In this document: positions 1 to 13,722 of the stretch, one piece after another
Numbering within the stretch: the stretch's first letter is position 1
Layout of the letters: the number at the start of each line of letters is the position of its first letter
Origin: Camelus ferus
Lineage: Eukaryota
Assembly (NCBI RefSeq): GCF_009834535.1
Contig: NC_045696.1
Location: forward strand, 121,956,001-122,020,000
DNA: 64,000 nucleotides
Reading direction: 5' to 3'
Notes under the pieces: generated by a model
Databases searched by the model: none
Told to the model about the DNA's origin: nothing
The model's input: only the letters and a program-made list of their open reading frames with translations
Made by a program: the position numbers and the translations under genes

Positions 1-129
1 TTGTTTTGGATACAATGGAAATGCTTATGCCAGTTAAAAAATTCTGGGTTTTGAAGTTAAAAAAAAAAAGTGAATGAAGGGCAGCAAATGGCAAAATATC
101 TTACTTTGTGGGTGAGTTGTGTTCCATTG

Positions 130-560
130 CATATGTATGCTACATCTTTGTTCACACATCTGTTTATGTGCACTTGGGATGCTTCCATGTCTTGGCTATT
201 GTAAATAGTGTTGCTGTTAATAGTGGGGTGTATGTATCTTTTTGAATTAATGTTTTTGCTTTTCTTGGATATATGCCCAGGAATGGAATTGCTAGGCCAT
301 GTGGTGGTTCTATTTTTGGGTTTTTGAGAAACCTCCATGCTGTTTTCCATAGTGGCTGCACCAATTTACATTCCCACCAACAGTGTACAAGGGTTCCCTT
401 TTCTCCACATCCTTGTCAACACTTGTTACTTGTTTTTTTGTTTGTTTGCTTTTTTTGATGATGGCCATTCTGACAGGTGTGAGATGATGCCCTGTGGGCC
501 ATCTGCATTTCCTCTTTTGGAAAAATGTCTGTTCAGTTCTTCTCCTCATATTTTAAGTGG
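130..560 (-). mobile_element. LINE-1 ORF2 C-terminal fragment
   Basis: Minus-strand [38 protein letters not shown]. Confidence 0.9.
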
Positions 561-574
561 GTTGTTGTTTATTT

Positions 575-853
575 GCTTTTTAATTGAAATATAGTTGATT
601 TAAAATGTCTTAGTTTCCGGCATACAGCATGGATGGACTTAAGAGAGCATTATGCTAAGTGAAATAAGTCAGACAGGGAAAGACGATACTGTAAGATATT
701 ACTTACATGTGGAATCTAAAAAAATACAACAAACTAGTGAATATAATAGAAAAGAATCAGACTCACAGATGTAGCGAAGAAACCACTGGCTACCAGTGGG
801 GAGAAGGAAGGGGGAGGGGCAAGATAGAGGTGGAGGATTAAGAGGTACAAACT
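575..853. mobile_element. LINE-1 3' end with inverted segment (minus 575-629, plus 630-853)
   Basis: tttttaattgaaatatagttgattt... (antisense L1 tail) joined to sense tggatggac...ctaagtgaaataagtcagacag...gaggtacaaact. Confidence 0.7.
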
Positions 854-3504
854 GGGAAAGCTTTCAGCAGGCATTACTCAGAGGTGAGATAAGAGTCTGA
901 AGTAAGACTAGACAGGATCTGATGACCGATTTATTATAAGGGGGGCTGAGGATTCCATTTAGACAGACAGTGCACTGTGATGCAGAAAAGAGATGGGGAC
1001 AAGGAGAGGGGGGTGATGGGGGCGCATGGCATCCTTGCCTAGAAATACTGAGATGCTGAGGACATTCAACCAGAATGGTGCGGCCACAGCCCAGGAAAGG
1101 AACCACAGACCTGCTACCATGGACCAAGGACACACGGCATCTTGCATCTGTGGCCACATGGGGTGCTAGAAATCCATGTAATGAAGACAGAAAGGAACAG
1201 GAAATTCATTAGTCTTTTATCCATTTCTCTGATCTGTCTGCTTCTTGAAAAAAAAAAAAAATCAAAGGAGACTGAAAACTCAGACTAATCCAGATAAAAT
1301 CTAGCTTTTAGCTCCCATTTTAAGTAAAAATTTTCACATTACCCTATTCTGGGGTACAATTTGAAGCCATTCAGGTATTTCCAAATATGTAAGAACAAAA
1401 ATCCACTTATGCATGAAAAATGATACGAACCTTAAGTCAAACTTTAGGGTACAGCAACCTCTGAACTGTTGTGGAAAATACACATTCAAATTTTTGAGGA
1501 ACATTGTAAAAAATAATAAAGGTGATCTTTTTAAAAAGAAAACCCTGGGGAGAATTTGATGGAAGAAAACTGTAAGACACAGATCAGCAAACACCCATCC
1601 TGCACCTCTGGGTCTAAAAAGCAGAAGAGAGCGAGCTCTTCCCACACTCATTCCCCTGTTTCTTTCTTCTTTGAAAATAACTTTTCTGAGGTGTGATCAA
1701 CGTAAAAAAGGTGAACACATTTAATGTCTAAAACTTAATGAGTTTAGAGATAAATATACTCCATGAAGCCATCATCACATAGGTACCAAAAACCTATCCA
1801 TCCCCTCCAAACATTTCCTCCCACCCTCTGCATTGATGATAACATTGAGCACGAGAGCTGCACTCTTAGCAAACCGCGAAGTGTACCACCCAGTGTTATT
1901 AACGACAGTCCCTATGCTGTGCAGCACATCTCTGCCACTTAACTTGCAAACTGAAAGTCTGTAAAAACCAAGGCAGGAACTGCTCCTAGAATTCCAACTG
2001 TCTCCCTGCAGTGTGTGAATGGAGGGGGAAGTGGGAACTATTTCAGGGCAGAGGATCTGCGGTGGGGCACACCCCACCCAGCCCACCACACAAGGGCAGA
2101 GAGACAGGAGCTGGAAGGAGCAGGCACCCCCACCCAGCCCGCCAGAGCCCCTGGCACCCCTCTGTCTCAAAGGGAAAAAACCTCTCACATGTAATGTCAA
2201 GATAGGAAACTGGCCTGTGTCCCGAGGGAGACTCGAATTTACCTACCACAGTACCTTTGAGTTTTAGGTAGTTAAAGCAGTGTTTTATATGAATTAAGAA
2301 ACCACAAATTCTTTTTGACCCTGGGGCACCACTTTAGGTAATGTTCCCTAAATAGGCCAGATGTAACTTGTACAAAAATGTCTATAGCAGCACTACTTAT
2401 AGGTACTCAGAATACTAGTAAAAGCAAAATAAACACTGAATGAATGAATAAAAAGCAAAAGAAAACAAATGATCAGCCATGACAGAATATCTAAGCAAAT
2501 TACCACTTAGTAGCATAATTAATATTTAGTCCAGAAGCATTAAGAATGCCAAGGACATTACCTTTTCTACATAATATATACGTGAAATAATTTTTAAAGA
2601 AAGTGCAAATAATGTGCATATATGAGCTGCATAAACATGCATAAAAGATGCACCAATAATCGGGTAAGAATATGAGGTGACAGACATACAACCGATGTGG
2701 CATTTTTTTTATCAGCACATATGCACAGAGGGTTGATCACCAGAACTTTAGTGAATAAACATGGCCTGATTTTTTTTCTTTGAGCACATTCAGCGGCAAT
2801 GCCCTTTCCAAATGTTTGCAGAGGACACATAAACTGCAGGGAGGAGAGACAAGGAGAGGGAGCTTCACTGACCTGGAGGGTCCTCCCTGGCCCCTCTCCC
2901 CAGGGACATTTCTGGTGGAGGTCTCACATGGCCTGGCGAGCTCTGGGGTGCGCCTGGACAGAGGCCACCCCCACCAAGAAGCTCTCTAAGTGTGCTTTCG
3001 GTCTCAAGTATATCCAAATGGCTTCAAAGGGTTGGTGCAATTACTTTCCTGTCTGTGGCTCTGACCTCAATTCCATGTTAGTCAAAACAGGAGGTGCCTT
3101 CTCAATCCTGTTTGAACACTACTGCTGGTCCTCGCTATCTATTTCTCCCCATTTTCTTCACGTCAAAGCAAGGAGAGTAAACACATGATCCTTGCTAGCA
3201 GTTTTCTCCCCATTATCATATGGCCATCCAGAAAGACAATTTAAAAAGTGCCTTTCCCGGAGCACATCTTCATTATAGGGGAACTACCAGAATAGATAAA
3301 ACACGTGATCAATGAAAAAGCTGATTTAAAGTCTCTAGGTTCTAAATAGAGCTGAATCTTCTCCTACCATGATCCTAAGGTCTAACAGACACAGACCTGA
3401 CTGCTTTAAGGACCGGACCTTTGTCCAGCTTGTGTAAGGATTCTCAGTGACTGTCGCATCACTGGCATTCAATGAATGAATGAATGAATGAATGAATGAC
3501 TTCT

Positions 3505-3838
3505 TCTGGAGAGGAAAAGGCCACAGGGACCAGCAAGGCCTCCCAAGCAGAGACACTGCTTATCGCTTTTGTGGTTCTGTAAAACAGCTTGCTTCTAGGA
3601 AATCAAAACTTGCCCCTCACCACCCCGCCAGCGCATGAAATCTTCCCACTGACGCAAAAACCTAACACCACGTGACTTCTTATAAACCGAAACCTAAAAC
3701 CCTATGAAAGTCTGTACACGAACCTGCAATCGGGACTGTTAACTCCTCTGGGCCCGCCAGTGCAATAAATCTGAGTTCTCTAGCCCTCCGAGTGTCGCTT
3801 GGGATTAAGAGAGGATGTCGGTGCCTTTTCTACCATCA
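3505..3838 (+). mobile_element. ERV solo LTR-like element
   Basis: TATA-like ttataaa, aataaatctgagttctc polyA region, ends ...CA; boundaries approximate. Confidence 0.55.
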
Positions 3839-4157
3839 GAAGCAATCTGGATTCCTCAATTCAATTTGTCTTTACAGTCCCTCCCTGCCTCCCCCCCAGC
3901 ACTTGGTAAGCAGCTCTCAACTCAACGCAGGTCCCAGCAGCAGCAGAGCCACTGTGGATCAGGGCCACCCCAACCCCGCTGGAGCTCCAGTAGCAGGGCA
4001 GCGCTCACCTGCCAGTCTGCACTCTGTTGCAGTGCGCTTTCCAACTCTCCAACTTTTCTAATCCTGGGGGTGTCATTCAGACCATCCTGATTCAAGATTC
4101 CTTAAGATTTTAGAGCTAGCACGGGCCTTCCTTACAAAAGCACTCTCCAAAACCTTT

Positions 4158-4794
4158 GTGTTCTGGTAAGGAGACCGGAGTCCTCCAATGGCAGGTGGAG
4201 CCAGGTTGGAGAGCAGCCCTCCTCTGGTCACCCCACACCCAGCTCTATCCTCCCAACTGTAATAGAAGAGAATGGGTCTGGCTCTGGCTCTATGTTGGAT
4301 CTGTTCCTTTAGCTTTAACCCTGTGCCCTGTTTTCTAGGCTTAGTCTTGTTGGTTCTGCACCTTTTGTGAAACAATGTTGCCTTTAGCCTGAAACACACA
4401 GGAGAGCCTATTCTGGAGGCTCTGACCTTTAAGGAAGCTAGCACTTAAGCACTTACATAGAGATGGCAAGTTGCAAAGTAAGAGAATAACCTTTGTTTTG
4501 TTGGAGGTTTGCAGGGACACCATGACCTGGCCTACATGGACGGCTGCAAGAACAAAGAACGCCTGCAGCAAGAAGTTTGCAACAACCAACCACACACCCT
4601 CCTTTTTTTTTTTTTTTTTTTTTTTTTTGAGCCTGTATTCTGACTAGAGCAGGATGGTTCTCCAGGACATCAGTCTGCCATCCTCTCAGTCTGTCAGCTT
4701 TCTAAATAAAGTCGCTATTCCTTTCCCCAACACCTCATTTCCCGATTTACTGGCCTGGCATGCGGCAAGCAGAACGAGTTTGGACTCAGCAACA
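4158..4794 (+). mobile_element. ERV1-type solo LTR with internal T run
   Basis: Starts TG; aataaagtcgctattcc...gaacgagtttggactcagcaaca end typical of ERV1 LTRs. Confidence 0.65.
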
Positions 4795-7700
4795 CAACCT
4801 CCGTACCTCTCCCCCAGCACCAGCCCCTAACCAGTTCCCCATCACCCCCTCACCAGGTCCATCCTCCTTCTGTCCCAACCCCTGCAATGTGCTGGTCCCT
4901 TGGTAAGGAATGTCCTCTCTGAGGCCCAGTCAGAAGCTGTGCAGCTTCCCCCAACTTTTCTGGCAACAGAGGTTCCATGCTTTGCTTCTGGAGCACTGGT
5001 TTCAAAGTCTCTGGGTGTAATTACCTGTTTAGACATCTGTCTCTTTCAGGAGCCTGACTGCCCTAAGGCCATGGGACCCTGACATGTACCAAGAATCCTT
5101 TGACCTCTGCTGGGTCACCACAGACTCAGAAATCAAGGTGTTCTCTGGCTGTATCCCAGGTTTAGACACTGATATCAGAATCTCAACTCAAAGGACTCGA
5201 CCAAACCTCTGGCACCTCACACTCCAACCTCGTGAGACCTGCCCTCCTTGGACGGCTCTCACAAGATGCTCAGGGTGGGGATCCCCCCGACTCACTGGTG
5301 TGCCTCGACCTGACAAGTGATGCCGGCCAACAGCTCAGGAGCACCTGGCTGCAGGCTCAGGCAGCGCTTCCTGGGAGGGCCGACGGAAGCTGCAGGAGCG
5401 GCCAGGCCCTCAGACTTCTCCCGGACTCTCAACTTACCCTTTTCTTAATCACATAATGCCTAACTTGTGACAGGTTTTTTGCTTTTTTCACTTTTACGAG
5501 CATTTCCACAACCTCATCATTGTTCAGATGGTGCTTCAGACCAACCTGGCTGAACCCTTCCAAGACTCATGCCCCAGACAGTCCTGCCTCCTTCAACCAC
5601 AAGGTCCAAGGAGCAAACTGTGAGAGACAGCATGTGTGAAACCAAGCAAAGCTCTGAAATGCCACCTCCCCCCTGTCCTCCTCTCCCCTGCTTTGGTACC
5701 AGTCTCTTTCACCTCAACATGTACACTGATGTTGGGCTAAAAAATTCCCCTTCTATTATAGAGCTTGATGCCCTGAGCACCAGGAGGTGAGAAGCCAGCA
5801 CCAGTCTGCCACTGTTCAGGGCCCCATGTGGCAGGTGAGTCCAGCCCCCAAATGGCCCATGTCCATCAGGGAGGTGGTGATGATGAGCATGAACAGGCTC
5901 TCCTGTTAAAGACAACATGGCACATGGAGTCCCCACCTCCTGCTGGTTCCCCTAATCAAACACTAGAAACAGTTGTCAGAGGGGAAAGGCAAAACCTCAC
6001 AAAAGACTCAAGTGCCTGCTGCCACATGCTCAGGAAAGGCCTGGAAGTCGTTTGAACTCAGGTGCGGCTGAATCTGAACGTCCCAAAGAAGCTTACACCT
6101 TGAAGCTGGGTCCTAACCCTTCATGGGATCTGTCTCAAGGACCAGGCCCCTGCAGTGGAGCAGAGGAGAAGGTGGTGGGCACAGGAAAGGCTGTTTTGGC
6201 TTTAGGCAAACCCCTTCCCACACATGCTCTGCCATCTACCATCTGAAGCCTCTTCACTGCAGAGTCACAAATCCCCAGACAAACCTCCAAACAGGCATCC
6301 TCAGAGGATGGCAAGCCACAGGAGGTCCCCCTCATTAACAAAAATCTTTCCCCTAACCTTCTAGGACTGTGTCAGCTTTGCTCCCTCGTTCCCTCCCAAA
6401 GTACAATTTTATAGACTCCAAACAGCTCTTCCAACCCCCCTGAGCAGAATCGGAGGATGGGCAAGCAGGCAGGCTGTCTGCCTTGAAAGCTGGGACTCGG
6501 CTGACACAATGTGAATAAGGGAGATTTCCAGGCAGCAGAAACGTTACGACATTTGCTGACTCTGATTCTTTAAGACAGTTGGCCTCAGCTCCATTTCCGG
6601 AATTGGTGTCAGAGCCACTGAAGGACAAGGCTGTTGTCCAGTCCAGTTTCCAAAAGAACACTTCTTCCCAAGCACAGGCTGTGGGAGCGGGCACGAGCTT
6701 TCTGCAAACTCTGTGAGCAGAAGAGCTGTCATGAAGCCAGCCCGAATGTGCCTGTGTTCTTGACTGAGGCTGCCCAGAGACCACGACCTCAGGTAAAGGT
6801 GATGGCACCGTGGCTGTGACAAACTGACTGGGCAGGGCCCCTGGGGGTCAGAAGCATCCAGGACCAGGAATAGTTGTAACCTACCAAAATTAAGAGCCTC
6901 TGTATGGAGGGGGCCCGCACGCAGCGCCGGGAACCACAGCAGTCCTCATGAAGGTGGCATCTGTGGGAGAGAGGGCGCAGGCTGGTCAGCGTCCTGCAGG
7001 AGCAAGGGCCAGACTAGTCAAGAGGTCCAGGCAGACGTCAGTGCAAAGGACAGAGCTGCCACTGCTGCATTCTGTTACACCAGCAGAGCTGTGGTGGCCC
7101 AAATGGAAGGCACTGAGAGGGACAGGGTCATTGTCATTCCAAGCACCATGATTGCTACACATCCCCTGGGTCAAATCATAATGGTTTCCCTCTGTGGATG
7201 CACTGCTATCGGATGACCAAAGACCTGCATGAAACGTGCGAGCCTCACATCCAGAGGGAGGTTCAGCGATAGACACAGCGCTGCAGAGCCTGCTCGGTCC
7301 TGGCCACGGTCAGCAGATAGGAATGCATGCCCACAGGACCAGAGGTCAGGGCAGAGCTTATGAAGTCTGACACATGAAGTGGTTTAGTCCTGGTCTTACT
7401 ATTTACCAGCTGCAGGACTTCTGGCAAGTTAACCTCTGGAATCCTCAATTTCCCCATCAGCAGAAGGGGTGGGTGGGCAGGATCCCTTCAGAGTCTTACG
7501 GAGAGTGCTGACAAGGGCCACGGCTGTTCACACCTCCCAGACCCCACAATGCTGGTTGGTGCTCAAGGTGTTCAGCATCCTTCCTCCCCCAGAAGTGCCG
7601 AGAAAGGCCCTCATATGCACCCTCCACCCAAGGACGGGCCCAGAGCTGGGACAAGGCTCCAAGGGGTTAGCTCTGCCTCTTTCTATATTCCAGCCCTTCC

Positions 7701-8429
7701 CCAGCCTTTGTTCTTTTTTGAAAAGCTATGAAAGCTCAGTCTCTGTGAAAGGCTCTGTACTTTGGCTTTTACAAAGATATTGTCACTAAAACAATTTCAG
7801 TCCAACTGACAGTGGAGTGGGGGGGGGGCAGGCAGGGGTAGGCTGTTTCTTGGTAATATTAAATTATCACAGAATTGTGATCTAGGTTCCCACCAATTTT
7901 CTTCTCTTGAAAAAAAGTAGTTGGGAGAAATACACAGTTTGATCCAAGATCTTGGGCATTGAATTTGTAGATAGTTTCAGTACAAACTGACTAGTCTTAA
8001 GTAGAGGAATGGGTAGAAAACAGCTCCTTAGAAATTCTTAGTTAAGCTGGAGAGTTATGAATTACAATGGAACTCAGCAGACCTGAGCTCCAGCGCTGCC
8101 TCTCCTTGGTTGGCCAATCAGGGCCTGCTTCTAGCTCTTTAAATCACCAGTGCCCAGTCACTGCTAAGCTCTCTATCATTCCAAGGACAAGCTGAGCTGA
8201 GAGGCTCCCCCAGTGAACCACCATCATCATACACACACACACACATACACACACACACCCCATTCTCCACATGATCAGATGTCTCAGCCCACTCTTCCCA
8301 TAGTCCATGAACTAGGTAGAAATTGCTGATTCCGATAAGATGCTCCTATAAACTGGTGACATAAGCTAATCTGTTTAACTTGCTTTAACCCAACAACAGC
8401 TGACAGAGCACTGAAATGTGTACTTAAAA

Positions 8430-9172
8430 AATGCTATGAGGGAGGTGTGGAGAACCCTCCTACACTGCCGGTGGGAATGTAGTTTGGTGCAGCCACTGTG
8501 GAAAACAGCATGGAGATTCCTCAAAAGATTAGGAATAGATTTACCATATGAACCATCAATCCCACTCCTGGGCATATATCTAGAAGGAACCCTAATTCAA
8601 AAAGACACCTGCACCTCAATGTTCATAGCAGCACTATTTACAATTGCCAAGACATGGAAGCAGCCTAAACGTCTATCAACAGATGACTGGAAAAAGTTGT
8701 GGTATATTTATACAATGGAATATTATTTGGCCATAAAAATGACAACATAATGCCATTTGCAGCAACATGGATGCCCTGGAGACTGTCATTCTAAGTGAAG
8801 TAAGCCAGAAAGAGAAATAAAAATACCATATGATGTCACTCATATGTGGAATCTAAAAAAAAAAAAAAAAGACTAATGAACTTAAATATAAAACAGAGAC
8901 AGAATACAAACTTGTGGTTGCCAGAGGGGAGGGGGGTGGGAAGGGATAAACTTGGAGTTTGAGATTTGTAGATACTGACAAGTATACATAGAATAGATAA
9001 ACAAATTTATACTGTATAGCGCAGGGAAATATATTCAAGATCTTATAGTACTTCATAGTGAAAAAGTATGAAAATGAATATTGTGTATTAATGTATGACT
9101 AAAAAATTTTGCTGTACACCAGAAACTGACACAACATTGTAAACTGATTTTGCTTCAATAATAAAAAAAAAT
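8430..9172 (+). mobile_element. LINE-1 3' fragment (ORF2 C-terminus and 3'UTR)
   Basis: [25 protein letters not shown]...[17 protein letters not shown]; 3'UTR G-rich tract; A tail. Confidence 0.95.
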
Positions 9173-11179
9173 AGTAAATTAAAACACAGTTCTTAGATCA
9201 CTGTACTCAATCATAATAGTCAATACGGCTCTTTAAAAACCAGTTCACAGCTTCCAGGTCCAAGAAAGGAAATTCATAGGCAATGATCACCTACTGTGTG
9301 CCGCGTACCAGTTCAGCCTGGTTCCTTCTAGGTAGACAGAGCTTGGGGTTGGTGGGAAAGTAGAAGACTTGGACGACAGCCTGAGTTCTTGGAGCTGGTG
9401 ATGGGACATGGGGAGAGCCATGAAGCAAATGATGAAGTCTGAGTCCCAAGTGACGAGTCCTCTGGAGTAAGGAGTAGCTCCAAAACCTCAGTTCAGGGCC
9501 ATGAAGGGAGAAGAGGGTGGAAAGAGAAGGACTGGATCCAGAATGAAGGTTTTATAGCTGCTGATGCCTAGTGAGTCCCAGAGGATAACCATGAACACTG
9601 GGTAGGGAGAAAGAACCCTTCAAAGAGTATCTTTAACTCATTTGTGAGTGTGTGCAGGGGGCACCGGGGGAAGGATCAGGTATCAAATTAGTACAATGCA
9701 ATCATTACCTCAATCCTCACAGCCCTATGAGTTGCCACCCCCATTCTCCACACGTGAAAACAGATTCAGGGAGGTTAAGTAACTTGCCCAACTTCAACTC
9801 CAAAGCCAATATTCTTTCTACTACATCTCATTATGTCCCAAAGGCTAAGCAACAGGGAAGGGTTCCCCTGCTGCAGAGTGTAGACTCAGCCAAGGAGGCT
9901 ATATATAATATCACATGAATCAAGCCCCAAGTTGGGGAAGTGAGAACTTGTAGACACAATATTTGAATATCAAGTTAAATCAACTTAAAAAAAAAAAGAA
10001 ACTTTTTCATAATAAGCTATCACAAAATGTTTATAAACAAGAGTATTTTACTGTGTTACAGAAGCATATATTTTCATCTCTCATTCTCTCACTTGTTTTT
10101 ATAACTGAGTGTTGTGCTGGAATTTGTCTGGGTTAGAATAAAGTAGAAACTGGATTTTAACCAGCTTGAAAACAAAACACAAGACAGAAGGATATTGAAA
10201 TGTATATACTCCTATCCAAAACAAAGGATTCACTAGTAAAGCTGGGTAGGAGAACGAAGCTTAGACTCACAGCAGAAAAAGAGGTTCATACTACTCCACA
10301 AATGAACAGTCAGACAACTTCAATCTTCCTCACTCAAGCCCAGCTCCAACGTGGGACTAGCAGGCCCTGCACCCTGAACGCCAAGGACAGAATTACAAAA
10401 CACTCTACCTGAGCTCCTGTAAATCTCAGAAAGGGTTCTTCTTTGTTGCATAAGATGCAGTAAGAAAGGTGGAGAGAGGGGCCCAAAGTATTTCTCCAGT
10501 CCGACTTTCCATCATCAGGATTGGAACAGAAACCTGAGGACTGGGGTAACATGCATCTGTCCCAATATATGCCAGGTTTTTAGTCTTTTAGAATATTACG
10601 GTGTGTTTTACTGCCATCATGTTAGTTGATTTTAGGTTGCTTGGTGACAGGCTTTAAACATTTTTTTTTTTTAGTAATTATGTTTTAATCTGTATTCAGA
10701 AAAAATATATAACACATTTTAGCAAATCATGAGATAAAGATTTTTAAAGTATACACACTAGTTTAAGAAAAAATGTATCAGTATTAGTATGGGTGATGTG
10801 CACATAAAGAATCATACGAAGGGAGGTTGGAAATGATGTCACACCCACTTAAGTAAGAGTCAGAAGCAAGCCAGGGCAGGCTGTCCCGAGGCAGGGCGGG
10901 CTGCCTGTGCGGTGCTGGTGTGTCCTCACCACCCTACACTCTGCGTCTTTCTACATGAAGTTCCCCTCTGGGATGCCTGATGGGCATTTCACTTTTTGCT
11001 TACAAAAGACTAGCAACATGAGTCAGGCAGGGTTCCATGCAGCACCCTAAGGTCAAAGTTCACTCCCTATTCTATTTCCTATCACTACTTACGGCCAGTC
11101 GTGTTATCCAAAATAGATCACCAGACTTATGACATGAATCGGAAACACTGGATCAACAACATAAAAATGCATCAAATGT

Positions 11180-13235
11180 CAAGACAAGGATGCCCACTAT
11201 CACCACTCCTACTCAACATAGTCTTGGAAGTCCTAGCCACAGCAATCAGGCAAGAGAGAGAAATAAAAGGGATCCAAATTGGAAAAGAAGAGGTAAAAGT
11301 GTCACTATATGCTGATGACATGTTACTATATATAGAAAACCCTAAAAGGTCCACACAAAAACTACTAGAGCTGATTGAAGAATTCAGCAAGGTAGCAGGT
11401 TACAAGATTAACGTTCAAAAATTAGTTGCATTTCTTTACACTAATGATGAATCAACAGAAAAAGAAAGTAAAGAAACAAGCCCCTTTAAAATAGCACCCA
11501 AAGTAATAAAGTACCTAGGAATAAATCTAACCAAGGAGGTGAAAGAATTATACACAGAAAACTATAAACCATTGATGAAGGAAATTAAAGAAGACTTTAA
11601 AAAATGGAAAGATACCCCATGCTCTTGGATTGGAATAATCAATATTGTTAAAATGGTCACACTGCCCAAGGCAATCTACAGATTTAATGCAATCTCTATC
11701 AAATTACCCAGGACATATTTCACAGAACTAGAACAAATCATAATAAAATTTATATAGAACCATCAAAGACCTAGAATTGCCAAAGCATTACTGAAGGGAA
11801 AGAAAGAGGCTGAAGGAATAACTCTCCCAGACTTCAGACAATACTATAGAGCTACAGTCATCAAAACAGCATGGTACTAGTACAAAAACAGATATATAGA
11901 CCAATGGAACAGAATAGAGAACCCAGAAATGAACCCACAAACTTTTGGTCAACTAATCTTCGACAAAGGAGGCAAGAATAGACAATGGAATCAAGACAGT
12001 CTCTTCAGCAAATGGTGTTGGGAAACCTGGACAGCAGCATGTAAAGCAATGAGGCTAGAACACTCCCTTACACCATACACAAAAATAAACTCAAAATGGA
12101 TCAAAGGCTTAAACATAAGACAAGATACAATAAACCTCCTAGAAGAAAATATAGGCAAAACATTATCTGACATACATCTCAAAAATGTTCTTCTAGAACA
12201 GTCTACACAAGCAATAGAAATAAAAGCAAGAATAAACAAATGGGACCTAATGAAACTTACAAGCTTCTGCACAGCAAAGGAAACCATAAGTAAAACAAAG
12301 ACAACCTACAGAATGGGAGAAAATTTTTGAAAATGAAACCGACAAAGGCTTGATCTCCAGAATATATAAGCAGCTCATATGACTTAGTAAGAAACAACCA
12401 AACAACCCAATCCAAAAATAGGCAAAAGACCTAAACAAGCAATTCTCCAAGGAAGAAATACAAATGATCAATAGGCACATGAAAAAACACTCAATATCAC
12501 TAATTATCAGAGAAATGCAAATCAAAACTACAATGAGGTATCACCTCACACCAGCCAGAATGGACATCATTCAAAAGTACACAAATGACAAATGCTGGAG
12601 AGGCTGTGGAGAAAAGGGAACCCTCCTACACTGCTGGTGGGAATGCAGTTTGGTGCAGCCACTGTGGAGAGCAGCATGGAGATTCCTCAAAAGACTAGGA
12701 ATAGACTTACCATATGACCCAGGAATCCCGCTCCTGGGCATATATCCAGAAGGAACCCTAATTCAAAAAGACACCTGCACCTCAATGTTCATAGCAGCAC
12801 TATTTACAATTGCCAAGACATGGAAGCAGCCTAAACGTCTATCAACAGATGAGTGGAAAAAGTTGTGGTATATTTATATGATGGAATATTATTTAGCCAT
12901 AAAAACTGACAACATAACGCTGTCTGCAGCAACATGGATGTTCCTGGAGAATGTCATCCTAAGTGAAGTAAGCCAGAAAGAGAAAGAGAAATACCATATA
13001 AGATCGCTCATATGAGGAATCTAAAACAAAAACAAAAACAAAAACAAAATATAAATCCAAATAGAACAGACTCATAGACATTGAATACAAACTGGTTGTT
13101 GCCAAGGGGGTGGGGGGTGGGAAGGGATAGATGGGATTTCAAAATTGTACAATAGATAAACAAGATTATACTGCATAGCACAGGGAAATATATACAAGAT
13201 CTTGTGGTAGCTCATAGCAGAAAAAAATGTGACAA

Positions 13236-13310
<75 letters not shown>

Positions 13311-13419
13311 AACTGTTAAATTGTGCTCTACGCTAGAATTTGACACAATATTGTAAAATGACTATCACTCAATAAAAAGTGTAAAAAATAAAAAAAATTT
13401 TCAAAAAGTAAAAAAAAAA
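11180..13419 (+). mobile_element. 5'-truncated LINE-1 (ORF2 RT to C-terminus, 3'UTR, A-rich tail), disabled
   Basis: [18 protein letters not shown] motif, C-terminal HCWWEC; stops at ~11755 and ~11878, frameshift near 12300; AATAAA and A-rich tail at 13370-13419. Confidence 0.97.
13239..13302. repeat. (AT)n microsatellite within the L1 3'UTR
   Basis: Direct reading. Confidence 0.97.
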
Positions 13420-13722
13420 TTCTAGAAATGGCAAAATTAAAGAAATGGGGAACATATTATAGGTTTCCAGGGAATAAGAGATGGTAAAGTGGGAGGGAAG
13501 TCTGTATGGCTGTGAAAGAGTAACATAAAGGATCCTTGAGGTGATGGAGATGCTCTGTGTCTTAACTGTATCAATGTTAATATCCTAGTTGTGATATTGC
13601 AGTATAACTTAGAGTGAGATTACCTTTGGGGGGAACTGGGTAAAAGGTTATAGACCCTCTGTTATTTCTTACAGCTGCATGCCAATCTACAGTTATCTCA
13701 AAATAAAAAAGATTAATTTTTA
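13420..13722 (+). mobile_element. Old L1M 3'UTR fragment
   Basis: ggatccttgaggtgatggagatgctctgtgtcttaactgtatcaatgttaatatcctagttgtgata...atctcaaaataaaaa. Confidence 0.75.

Noticed and set aside
6353..7276. Minus-strand ORFs of 151 and 96 aa
   Set aside because: No recognisable homology or consistent splice structure.
11101..13015. Longest ORFs (218, 133 and 183 aa) with a reverse-transcriptase motif
   Set aside because: These are pieces of a disabled LINE-1 ORF2, not a novel RT system or host gene.
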